Source of the DNA: Promethearchaeia archaeon | GTDB lineage: Archaea; Asgardarchaeota; Lokiarchaeia; Sigyniarchaeales; SOKP01 | Assembly: GCA_046497275.1 (NCBI GenBank) | Contig: JAWOFX010000007.1 | Span: 1-32,000 of the forward strand | Direction: 5' to 3' | Length of the DNA stretch: 32,000 bases | Shown: positions 1-8,417 of the stretch, piece after piece | How positions within the stretch are numbered: position 1 is the stretch's first letter | Layout: each line of letters opens with the position of its first letter | Notes under the pieces: generated by a model | Told to the model about the DNA's origin: nothing | Database searches by the model: none | The model's input: only the letters and a program-made list of their open reading frames with translations | Translations under genes and position numbers: made by a program

Positions 1-65
1 AAATTAATACATAGTCTTTAAACTCAAAATGTTTGCATTTTGGATAGGGTGGAATACATTCGCAA

Positions 66-147
66 TTATCGAATTTTTTACAATAAGAACAAAAATGAAA
101 AAAATTTGAAATTTTGCGGAGTCTAGACGATTTTATCGAATTTTTTA
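66..147. repeat. 15-bp exact direct repeat TTATCGAATTTTTTA (66-80 and 133-147)
   Basis: Read directly. Copies are 67 bp apart and each is preceded by CG 5 nt upstream. No third copy in register. Confidence 0.6.
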
Positions 148-193
148 AATATAAATTTTCAAATACATATAAAATAAAAAATATTAGTAGCGT

Positions 194-2485
194 ATGGATA
201 ATAGGGATTTAAGACTTTCTTGCGATTCGGGTCGTAGAAGATGTTCTGCCAATCATTCAGATATTTTTAGAGATGATAATGTTTTCATTATAAAACGGGA
301 ACGCATTGAAAAAATGGAATCGATGAGTGAAGAAAAAGGGCGTTATTCCGCCGAATCAGTGCGAATATCTCGGTCAAGATTTGCTTTAAGTGGATTGGAT
401 CGCCTTGCTAACCGCTCTCGAGCACTCGCAAACGATACTTTATATTTTTTGCGGCAGTATTATTTTTTTCATAATACAAATGATCCCGAGATAAGGGCAC
501 TTTATCGTAGAAATATAGGTAATAAATTTTACAAAACCATAAAAGAGTCCGAATATCCTAATGAGAAAAAAAATGCCGCTGTAGTGATTTTGAAAGACTT
601 ATTTGTTAAATTAAAGGCGTTGAAGAGTATTGTTCCAACGATAATGAAATTTATGGAATCCTACAAGGACATAGGATATTCTCCTTGTGCTCAAGCGATC
701 GTTAAATCCGTGTGTGAAACTTTTATCAGTCATCTAAAATTAATAGAGGAATGGGAAAACGCCCCCAAAAATCAACGCGAACAAAAACCATCACGACCTG
801 GTCTACCCCGATATTTTGGCAAAAAGATAGCGGGAGAGCGAGTGGGAAAGTGGAAATTGATTTATCCGAAGCAAAGGCTCGCTCACGCTGGGAACAAGGA
901 AAGCAAGGATAAGGCCCTCGAAAACCAGCAATATACTTGCTATATGTATGTGCCACCCTCATACGATCATTTAATCCCCCGAATACGAGTCAGAACAAAA
1001 GTGCTATCTCAATTGCTCAAAAACGGCGGGTTTGTGGAGATTATTCCTTGCGAGAAAAATTACTCATTTAACATCCAATATATCAAGACCAAAGAACAAC
1101 GAGCAAGAGAATATGGTTTTGATATCAATAGACACGAGAAAAACCCTAATCGAGCCATTTCTATCGACTTCGGAGTAAATAATTTCCTCACAGTTTTTAA
1201 CAATTTTGGTGCGAGATTTCCTATCTTTAGCGGATCAATGTTAAAGCGTTGGAACTATAGGATAAATCATAATATTCCCACACTACAACGTCGTGCTGAC
1301 GTGATTGCCGATGTGATAAAGCGATATGAAGAAACGGAAGCTCCATTAGAATCAATCATCAATTCTCGAATTCAAACCTATCACGACGAGTTCGGGAAAT
1401 TGAAAAGAATGATTCTCTATATTTTTAGGAAAATTTCTAATCTTTCAAGATTAGATATTAATAATTTAGACAATCAAGCCATTGTTCTCAAATGTTTTCG
1501 TTCCAAATCATTTTTTAAGATAGTAAAAAATACAAATTGGAACGATTTCAAGAAACTTGCTGAAAAGAACGGTCAGAGAATCTATAAAGGCATTTTTAAT
1601 AAAATTAGGAAAATTATCTTGATGGAGATTGCCCCACGTGAAAAGAATTCTCTCTTGCATAAGTATTTTCGCTATTTACAGAGTAAAAGAGATCGTAAGA
1701 TGAAAATTCTCAAAAAAATTTTAGGATATTCAATTCAGGATTTACAAGATTATTTGGAATCACTTGGGTTAAGGATTGATGAATTATGGGACAAATATGA
1801 CAGAGTGAAGAGAGATTCCATTAATAAGATTGCCAAAAAGTTAATGTATTATTGTTTATATTATAAAGTAGGAACGATTACTTTCGGTTATAATAAAGGT
1901 TGGCAAAATCAACGCAATAAAAAGATAAAATTGAATAAATTAACCAGAGATTTATTCGTTTCATTGCCATTTAACCAAATGTTCGAGAGAATTCAGCAAG
2001 AAGCGATTTATTTTGGAATAAATCTGGATTATACAACCGAATGGTATACCAGCAAATGTTCATATATCGACGATGAATCAATTGGGAAAAAACCAAATGA
2101 TGAATATATTGGATTACGCAGATTTACCCAGAACGGAGTAAAACATAATGGGTTATTTCGATCAAAGGACGGAAAAATCATTCACGGAGATATCAACGGT
2201 GCGGCTAATATCGGTAGAAAACAACATCCAAAATTATTTTCCAAACGAATGATCGCCTATATCTTATGTTTGATTTCCGATCCTCGCCGACGCCTAACCA
2301 ATCAAGCAAAACAAAGGGTTAATAAATTTATCACTACCCCGCCCATAAAATTTTCCCCTTCAAATGGAATTCCTACCAAAAAATTGAAAAGAAAAGAAAG
2401 GTTAAATAAAAGTAAGGTTAGACCACAAAGGCATCAAATGAGTCCAAGTAAATTTTTGGAAAAGACTCAAACTGCCTATGTGTAG
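194..2485 (+). CDS. tnpB: Large TnpB-family RNA-guided RuvC endonuclease (likely real start ATG 314 or 323)
   Basis: N-terminal LANRSRALANDTLYFLRQYYF and PGLPRYFGK motifs. RuvC-I AISIDFGVNNF (D325). The canonical RuvC-II position reads TITFGYNKGWQ (G instead of E), followed by TEWYTSKCS (E616). RuvC-III GLFRSKDGKIIHGDINGAANIGRK (D666). Confidence 0.85.
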   Translation: MDNRDLRLSCDSGRRRCSANHSDIFRDDNVFIIKRERIEKMESMSEEKGRYSAESVRISRSRFALSGLDRLANRSRALANDTLYFLRQYYFFHNTNDPEIRALYRRNIGNKFYKTIKESEYPNEKKNAAVVILKDLFVKLKALKSIVPTIMKFMESYKDIGYSPCAQAIVKSVCETFISHLKLIEEWENAPKNQREQKPSRPGLPRYFGKKIAGERVGKWKLIYPKQRLAHAGNKESKDKALENQQYTCYMYVPPSYDHLIPRIRVRTKVLSQLLKNGGFVEIIPCEKNYSFNIQYIKTKEQRAREYGFDINRHEKNPNRAISIDFGVNNFLTVFNNFGARFPIFSGSMLKRWNYRINHNIPTLQRRADVIADVIKRYEETEAPLESIINSRIQTYHDEFGKLKRMILYIFRKISNLSRLDINNLDNQAIVLKCFRSKSFFKIVKNTNWNDFKKLAEKNGQRIYKGIFNKIRKIILMEIAPREKNSLLHKYFRYLQSKRDRKMKILKKILGYSIQDLQDYLESLGLRIDELWDKYDRVKRDSINKIAKKLMYYCLYYKVGTITFGYNKGWQNQRNKKIKLNKLTRDLFVSLPFNQMFERIQQEAIYFGINLDYTTEWYTSKCSYIDDESIGKKPNDEYIGLRRFTQNGVKHNGLFRSKDGKIIHGDINGAANIGRKQHPKLFSKRMIAYILCLISDPRRRLTNQAKQRVNKFITTPPIKFSPSNGIPTKKLKRKERLNKSKVRPQRHQMSPSKFLEKTQTAYV

Positions 2486-2543
2486 TAGTTCTACCTAATA
2501 CCGATTCACGAAAGTGTTGCTGGTCGCAGAGAACGTGCACTCT
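2412..2543 (+). ncRNA. Putative omega/reRNA scaffold overlapping the tnpB 3' end (5' limit unknown, may start further upstream)
   Basis: Nested stems found by hand: 2424-2433/2473-2482, 2439-2443/2465-2469, 2444-2447/2456-2459, CAC-GAAA-GTG 2507-2516, 2488-2492/2530-2534. The position is where TnpB guide scaffolds are known to lie. Confidence 0.45.
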
Positions 2544-3452
2544 TTAAAATGCATTGCCTTCTTTTTTTTCCATATCTGAAATACGGTTTTCTAAAAGAGT
2601 TATGGTTTCGATCAAATTATTTATTTTTACATTCAGTTCTTGTACTTTATTTTCGATTGCTCCTATTCTATTCAAGGCCCAATTCAGAGAATTATCCTCT
2701 TCGTTTGGTTTTATTAACCAATTAAAAATATTTTTTATAAATTTACGATTCTCTAATTGATTTATTCCAAAATTAGGGTCTTTTGAAAATATATCTACAT
2801 CTCCAAGAGCAACTATTTTTCCTTTACCATAAGTTGAACAAGCTGAAAGAACATATTTCTCTTTTTTTTGATCTTGATCCCAATCATTAATCGAAGGATT
2901 ATATCTCTCTGACCATACATTATTGTTCAATTCAAGCAATATAATGGCATTACCCTTCAATAATATTGAACATGATCCTCCTATAACTACCTCTCTTAAT
3001 TGGTGAGTTATATCATGTTCTGGAAAAGATTTTATATTAAGGATACTTGTACTGTTTTGATCTAATTCTATTTTTTCCTTCAATATGGTTTTTTCAAAGA
3101 AGATATCAAAATATTTGCCCGAAATATCGTTAATATTTGTTTTTTGGAGAGGATCTCCTCCATATTCACTAATTAGAAGTAATGAGCCTCCTTGTTTAAC
3201 AAAATCTATAATATTATTGATTTCCGAACTTGAAAAATAATCATTTATAGGATTGCCTATGACCAAAATATCTACATCTATTAATAACTCATCAGTAATA
3301 TCAGAATTCTCATTTTTTATAATATCTTGATTAAGAGTTTTAAGGAGATTTAAAAAGTCAGAGTATTCACTTTCAGAGAGATTAAGCATTTCATTATGCG
3401 ATACATCAAATAAAATAGTGGATCTTTTTGAAAATGACATTATATAATCCAA
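2544..3452 (-). CDS. GIFT/DUF4350-like (GldG/IFT52-type, class I GATase-like fold) protein with C-terminal coiled coil
   Basis: ILFDVSHNE ... DILVIGNP ... FSSSEINNIIDFVKQGGSLLLISE ... GKGKIVALGD ... NRKFIKNIFNWL pattern, then heptad-rich tail (aa ~255-298). Confidence 0.6.
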   Translation of the reverse strand: MDYIMSFSKRSTILFDVSHNEMLNLSESEYSDFLNLLKTLNQDIIKNENSDITDELLIDVDILVIGNPINDYFSSSEINNIIDFVKQGGSLLLISEYGGDPLQKTNINDISGKYFDIFFEKTILKEKIELDQNSTSILNIKSFPEHDITHQLREVVIGGSCSILLKGNAIILLELNNNVWSERYNPSINDWDQDQKKEKYVLSACSTYGKGKIVALGDVDIFSKDPNFGINQLENRKFIKNIFNWLIKPNEEDNSLNWALNRIGAIENKVQELNVKINNLIETITLLENRISDMEKKEGNAF

Positions 3453-3760
3453 TTCGACTTATTTACCTCTTTAATAAAAATACAAATATAAAAATCATCC
3501 TATAGTTCAAATATATTTTTGGGTTCTTGAATTATATATCTTCGAACCATTCATTTTTAATATTAATATAAATTGTGTAATTTCAACAATAATATTGATG
3601 TTTTCTAAGAAATTAATTTAATTAAGGGATATAATAACAAAATTTTTTAAATTTTATTAAATAATCAATTTTGGAAATAGAATTATTAATATTTTTAAGA
3701 AAATGGCAATTCTTTTTTTAAAATCTGAAAACAATTAAAAAAGTTTACGTAAAATAGAAA

Positions 3761-5068
3761 ATGAGTAAAAATTCAAACACAATTGGGATTATAGGGCTTA
3801 GTTTTGGAGATGAGGGAAAGGGAAAAATAACAGATTATTTAGCTCAGAAAGCAGATATAGTTGTTCGTTTTCAAGGAGGAAATAATGCTGGTCATACAGT
3901 GGTACATAACAATAAAACCTTTAAATTCCATATTATGCCCTCTGGTGCTGTTCTTGAAAAAGAAGTGGTTATTGCTAATGGATGTGTAGTGGATCCTAAA
4001 GTTTTATTGAAGGAAATTGAAAATTTGGAAGCTCATAATAAAAATCTCAATTTAAAATTGAGTTCAACGGCACATGTTATATTTCCATTTCATAAAGTTA
4101 TAGATGGGCTTGAAGAGAAATTTAAGGGGGATTATAAAGCAGGCACTACAAAAAGAGGGATAGGTCCCACATATTCGGATAAAGCAGCAAGATTTGGTTT
4201 AAGAGTTTTCGATCTAATTCATCCAGAGTTATTGGAGAGAAAATTAAAAAGACTTTATGATATTAATAAAAAAGTCATTCATTGTTATGATCCTGATTGG
4301 ATTGGAGATTTTAATGAGATCTTAGAAAAATATAAAATATATGGTCAGAAACTAAAGAAATATGTCAAAAACACCGCTTATTATTTAAATACTCAAATAG
4401 ACAAAAATAAAAAAGTTATCTTCGAAGGTGCTCAAGGAACACTCCTTGGGATTGATCATGGATTTTATCCCTTTGGAACATCTTCAAATGCGAATTCTTC
4501 AGGTATCTCGAATGGAACCGGAGTTCCTCCCAACAAAATTGGACAAATAATTGGAATTATTAAAGCATATACTTCTAGAGTTGGGGAGGGAGCTGTACCC
4601 ACAGAATTATATAATGAAACTGGAGATTTAATTAGGGAACAAGGGAATGAATATGGAACCACAACTGGTAGACCACGTCGAGTAGGATGGTTGGATCTTT
4701 TTAATACAAAATATTCCGTTATGATAAATGGAGTTGAAAATATAGCTATAATGCTATTAGATGCTTTAGAAGGCATTGATCCATTGAAAATTTGTATTGG
4801 ATATGAATTGGATGATAAAATATTAGATAGTTGGCCTATTCAACCAGAAATAGTGGAAAAATGTATCCCAATTTATAAGAATCTTAAAGGTTGGGAAAAG
4901 AGACCAAGAACTGAATGGTCTTCCATCGCCAAGGAAGGATACGCATCGCTGCCAGAAGAAATGAAAATATATATTGATACAATTAAAAAGCATTTAGATG
5001 TTGAAGTTTGTATGATTTCTATAGGTCCTCAGAGAGAGGATACAATAGTTTTAAAGGAATTTTTTTAA
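3761..5068 (+). CDS. purA: Adenylosuccinate synthetase (long, 435-aa type)
   Basis: FGDEGKGK, RFQGGNNAGHT, GTTKRGIGPTY, FEGAQG, EYGTTTGRPRRVGWLD motifs. Confidence 0.97.
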   Translation: MSKNSNTIGIIGLSFGDEGKGKITDYLAQKADIVVRFQGGNNAGHTVVHNNKTFKFHIMPSGAVLEKEVVIANGCVVDPKVLLKEIENLEAHNKNLNLKLSSTAHVIFPFHKVIDGLEEKFKGDYKAGTTKRGIGPTYSDKAARFGLRVFDLIHPELLERKLKRLYDINKKVIHCYDPDWIGDFNEILEKYKIYGQKLKKYVKNTAYYLNTQIDKNKKVIFEGAQGTLLGIDHGFYPFGTSSNANSSGISNGTGVPPNKIGQIIGIIKAYTSRVGEGAVPTELYNETGDLIREQGNEYGTTTGRPRRVGWLDLFNTKYSVMINGVENIAIMLLDALEGIDPLKICIGYELDDKILDSWPIQPEIVEKCIPIYKNLKGWEKRPRTEWSSIAKEGYASLPEEMKIYIDTIKKHLDVEVCMISIGPQREDTIVLKEFF

Positions 5069-5093
5069 AAATGAAAAGGAAATAATAAAAATT

Positions 5094-5546
5094 TTAGGGA
5101 AGACTCTTAATTGATTTAGTTTCATACTTTTTACCACAATTATCACAGTAAACCATGCCTCTAGACAAAAGAAGTCCAGTTATTTTATCTGAAAATTCCA
5201 CACCGCATTCGGAGCAAAAATGAACCCCTTTAGGATTTTTTATTTGTATTCCACTAGTTCTGGGTCGATTTCGATATATTTCGCTATTAATTTCTTTTGA
5301 ACTATTAGTATTAATGGTTTTTTCAATAGGTTTTTCTTCTCCAAGAATAGCCTTATAAATCGCATGAAAAAATTTGTAGACACCTAAACATATGTAATAA
5401 ATTATAAAGATAGTTGCAACTATTATGGCAAATATTCCTACTATAACTAATATTTGAGCAAATAATGGTTGGATTATAAACCAATCTACAAATTTATTCC
5501 AATATTCAATAAACCAATTAAACGGATATGATTCCCAATTAACCAT
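5094..5546 (-). CDS. Hypothetical membrane protein with C-terminal zinc ribbon
   Basis: Hydrophobic segment aa ~28-58; CSEC...CDNC pair at the C-terminus. Confidence 0.6.
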   Translation of the reverse strand: MVNWESYPFNWFIEYWNKFVDWFIIQPLFAQILVIVGIFAIIVATIFIIYYICLGVYKFFHAIYKAILGEEKPIEKTINTNSSKEINSEIYRNRPRTSGIQIKNPKGVHFCSECGVEFSDKITGLLLSRGMVYCDNCGKKYETKSIKSLP

Positions 5547-5702
5547 TCAATTTTCCACCTTTAGTTTAGTAATTTGATAAATTGATTTTCTTAATTAAGA
5601 AATATTATAAATTAAATATTAAAAAAATGGAGTCCAATTGTTATTAGATTGAAATGATTTAATATAGTTTAAGAATGGATTTTGAATCAATATAGACAAG
5701 AA

Positions 5703-6263
5703 CTACTTAAAACAAATTAATCCAAATCTATATAGATTATTGACTGGAGGCCATTCAATATCTAAATCTAAATTTTTTACTGTTTTAGTTACGTGAATGC
5801 CCACAGCTTCCATAGAATATCTTATTTGATCAGGGAATCTGCATGGTTCTCCATCATCATAAGTACATCTTGGATAATCTTTTTTTTCACAGAGTCTACA
5901 ATGACCATCCCATAGAATAAGTTTTTCTTCAAATTTCTTATCATATTTATCTAAGAAAATAGCAATTTCTTTCTCCAACTCATCTCGAAGAATATTTTTC
6001 AAATAAAGTCTATTTCTTATAGTTTGCTCATTCTTGTAAGGATATTTGTGTTTTTGTTTTTTAACATATGAAGCCAAATCGAATTTTGTGTAAATTAAAA
6101 AAAACTTAAAATACTTAGAGATTTCGTCTTTCATATATGGTGCTTCAGGAGGACAGGCCCAGGAATGATTATAATTAGGACATCGGAAATTTTCACTAAT
6201 ACAATATTTTTGGACATCTGGGTCGAAAATAATGTCTTTGAAATTTATTTGTTGAGAAGGCAT
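5703..6263 (-). CDS. DUF2284-family predicted metal-binding protein
   Basis: CPNYNHSWACPP and GHCRLC...C...CRFPDQIRYSMEAVGIHV motifs. Confidence 0.8.
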   Translation of the reverse strand: MPSQQINFKDIIFDPDVQKYCISENFRCPNYNHSWACPPEAPYMKDEISKYFKFFLIYTKFDLASYVKKQKHKYPYKNEQTIRNRLYLKNILRDELEKEIAIFLDKYDKKFEEKLILWDGHCRLCEKKDYPRCTYDDGEPCRFPDQIRYSMEAVGIHVTKTVKNLDLDIEWPPVNNLYRFGLICFK

Positions 6264-6397
6264 TAAATTAGAAAAATTAAATCGACATAATAAATTTAAA
6301 ATAAGTAATTAATAGTTCTTAAAATAAATACGTAATAGATTTACCAAATTGTAATAAATAAGTATAATAATAATGAGAAAATATACTAAAAAAACTT

Positions 6398-6868
6398 TTA
6401 AGGAGATTTTAATCCTAAACGCTTTTTAAAATTAATTAATTTGAAAATCCTTATTTTTTCATTTTTCAATATTTCCCATTCTTCATTTTTTTCAAATCCA
6501 TGAGCGGAAAGGAAATTTGTAGAGAACTTACTTTTTCCTTCAGAAACCATTGTATTTTTGATTTTTTCTCGCTCTTCTTCATTCGAAACCTCTGTTAATT
6601 CTGCTTGGATTGTTATAAAATAGAATGTGCTTAAGTCTGGCTTAAGATCTTCAATAGAGACACATACATTATTGTTTCTCTCAAGAATTTTCTTCTTCTT
6701 GCCATAATCTGTAAAATGAAAATAAAGAGTGCTATTAGCATAAACATATTGAAATGGAGCAATATAAGGAAAAACACCATCAATAAAAGCAATTCTACAG
6801 ATATTATTTTTTTTTATAACGCTTTTTATCTCTTTTTCTGTCATTTGGGGTAACTTTATTGGTTCCAT
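6398..6868 (-). CDS. Pyridoxamine 5'-phosphate oxidase-like (NimA-type) flavin-binding protein
   Basis: ICRIAFIDGVFPYIAPFQYVY...LYFHFTDYGKKKKILERNNNVCVSI split-barrel pattern. Confidence 0.85.
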   Translation of the reverse strand: MEPIKLPQMTEKEIKSVIKKNNICRIAFIDGVFPYIAPFQYVYANSTLYFHFTDYGKKKKILERNNNVCVSIEDLKPDLSTFYFITIQAELTEVSNEEEREKIKNTMVSEGKSKFSTNFLSAHGFEKNEEWEILKNEKIRIFKLINFKKRLGLKSP

Positions 6869-6990
6869 AATTATTAAACTCCAGATTAAATAATTTATTC
6901 TTTAATTTCAATATTTCTAACTATAATGATTTGTGAAATTATTTATACTTATGGAAACAAAGTAATTCTAAAAATTTAATTAAAAATAGT

Positions 6991-8382
6991 TTGAAAATGT
7001 CTGAAAAAAAAAATTCAGAAAAAAAACAATTTTCTATATGGATACATTTTTCTTTTAATCTTGTAATGGTAATGCTACCTGCTACATATGGGCTATTTTC
7101 TACACAATTTTTCTATTTCTATGAGACTGTTATTAAGTTGGATGTTATATTTGTTGGCGCCGCTAATGTTCTTTTTTTAATATGGGATAGTATTAATGAC
7201 CCTATAATCGGTTTTTTATCAGATCGAAAAAGTCGATTTACAAAAAAATATGGTAGAAGATTTCCGTTTATCATAATTTTCGGAATTCCTACCCTTGTGT
7301 CATTAATCCTACTCTTTCTTCCACTTCCAGTGAACGCAGAGCTTAATCCTTGGCCTGTTTTCCTTTGGATCTTAATTTGGTTATTTATCCATGAATTCAG
7401 TTATACTGCGGTTAGTTTAACAAGAGCTCTTTTTCCAGAAAAGTTTAGGTCTGATAAGGAGCGTAGAAAAAATGCAGGAATAGGGATTATTACATATAAT
7501 TTAGGATTATTCATTGGATTGATTATTCCTTTTATTTTTATTACGGAGGAATCTTCTTCATTCTTAATAGCATCTCTTATTCTCGCTTTACCTTGTTTAC
7601 TATGTTTTTTCTTAGGCATTCCAGGAATTCGTGAAGAACCAGATATGATTAAGAGAGCTCTTGAAATAGAAAAAGAACCATTCTTTACAACAATGAAAAA
7701 AGCATTGAAAAAGAGAAATTTTGTAGTTTTTACCTTTGTTAATATTACGATTCAGTTATTTGCAGCATGTATACTTGCGTCTATAAACTACTGGGTGGAG
7801 GCAGTTTTACTTTTGCCAAAAGAAAGCCCAGCTGACGTGATTTTGATGATATTATGGTTCTTAGCAGGTTTAGGATCAATTATTTTATGGATTAAAATTG
7901 CCAGTAAATTCGGACATAAAAATACACAAGTTATTGGATTAATTGCAGTGTTTATTTCAATTATCCCTATCTTATTTGTTAGATCTTTTTTGGGTGCGAT
8001 CATTAGTTTCACAATTCTAGGAGTTGCTGCAGGAGCAAATACATTTGTTAAATATCCTATTTTCGGTGATATTATTGATGAGATTACTATCGAAGAGAAA
8101 AAACGGCAAGAGGGAATATATCAAGGCGTTTTAGTATTTTTTGATAGGATAGGCATTCTCTTTCAACCCATAATATTTACCATTGTTCATATAATCACCA
8201 ATTATAATCCAGATACCCCTGCTAACCAAACATTTTTAGCTCAACAAGGTATAATCGCTGCTATGACATGGATCCCTGCAATCTTCCTTCTTATAGCTGT
8301 GGTTATCTTTTGGAAATATTATGATTTAACGACGGAAAAAAGCACAAGGATAAAAGAAAAATTAGAAGAGTTGCAACTTTAA
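6991..8382 (+). CDS. MFS transporter, GPH (MelB-like) family
   Basis: WDSINDPIIGFLSDR...KYGRRFPF motif, D..DE...EKKRQEGIY motif, about 12 hydrophobic segments. Confidence 0.9.
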   Translation: MKMSEKKNSEKKQFSIWIHFSFNLVMVMLPATYGLFSTQFFYFYETVIKLDVIFVGAANVLFLIWDSINDPIIGFLSDRKSRFTKKYGRRFPFIIIFGIPTLVSLILLFLPLPVNAELNPWPVFLWILIWLFIHEFSYTAVSLTRALFPEKFRSDKERRKNAGIGIITYNLGLFIGLIIPFIFITEESSSFLIASLILALPCLLCFFLGIPGIREEPDMIKRALEIEKEPFFTTMKKALKKRNFVVFTFVNITIQLFAACILASINYWVEAVLLLPKESPADVILMILWFLAGLGSIILWIKIASKFGHKNTQVIGLIAVFISIIPILFVRSFLGAIISFTILGVAAGANTFVKYPIFGDIIDEITIEEKKRQEGIYQGVLVFFDRIGILFQPIIFTIVHIITNYNPDTPANQTFLAQQGIIAAMTWIPAIFLLIAVVIFWKYYDLTTEKSTRIKEKLEELQL

Positions 8383-8394
8383 TTTTTTTTTTTT
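8383..8394 (+). terminator. T12 tract, probable archaeal intrinsic terminator
   Basis: Twelve consecutive T immediately after the MFS stop codon. Confidence 0.4.
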
Positions 8395-8417
8395 AATACT
8401 ATATAAATGATATAATT

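Larger units (their letters stand above)
191..2543 (+). mobile_element. Putative tnpB-only (IS1341-like, non-autonomous) IS200/IS605/IS607-related element; boundaries approximate
   Basis: Contains a TnpB ORF. It is visibly more GC- and CGN-codon-rich than the flanks. There is an imperfect hairpin near the left end (217-239) and structured sequence at the right end (2412-2543). No TnpA ORF lies next to it. Confidence 0.5.

Noticed and set aside
66-147. CRISPR array next to the Cas12-sized TnpB
   Set aside because: Only two 15-bp copies, with no third in register and no cas genes. No array was seen anywhere in the window.
1-209. Minus-strand open frame with Cys-rich ...FCSYCKKFDNCECIPPYPKCKHF... 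running off the window
   Set aside because: No ATG, GTG or TTG start in frame, and it is truncated by the edge, so it cannot be supported as a CDS. Worth rechecking with upstream sequence.
194-313. First 40 codons of the TnpB ORF as real protein
   Set aside because: No TnpB similarity, and they overlap a likely left-end hairpin. ATG 314 or 323 fits the family N-terminus better.
185-2488. TAGTAG at 185-190 and 2483-2488 as a target-site duplication
   Set aside because: It would leave the structured GC-richer 2489-2543 segment outside the element. IS200/IS605-type elements make no TSD, and a 6-mer match is expected by chance.
5587-5602. Perfect 16-bp palindrome TTTCTTAATTAAGAAA upstream of the 5546 start
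   Set aside because: At roughly 30% GC (estimated by eye), about one or two such palindromes are expected per 32 kb, and no second copy was found.
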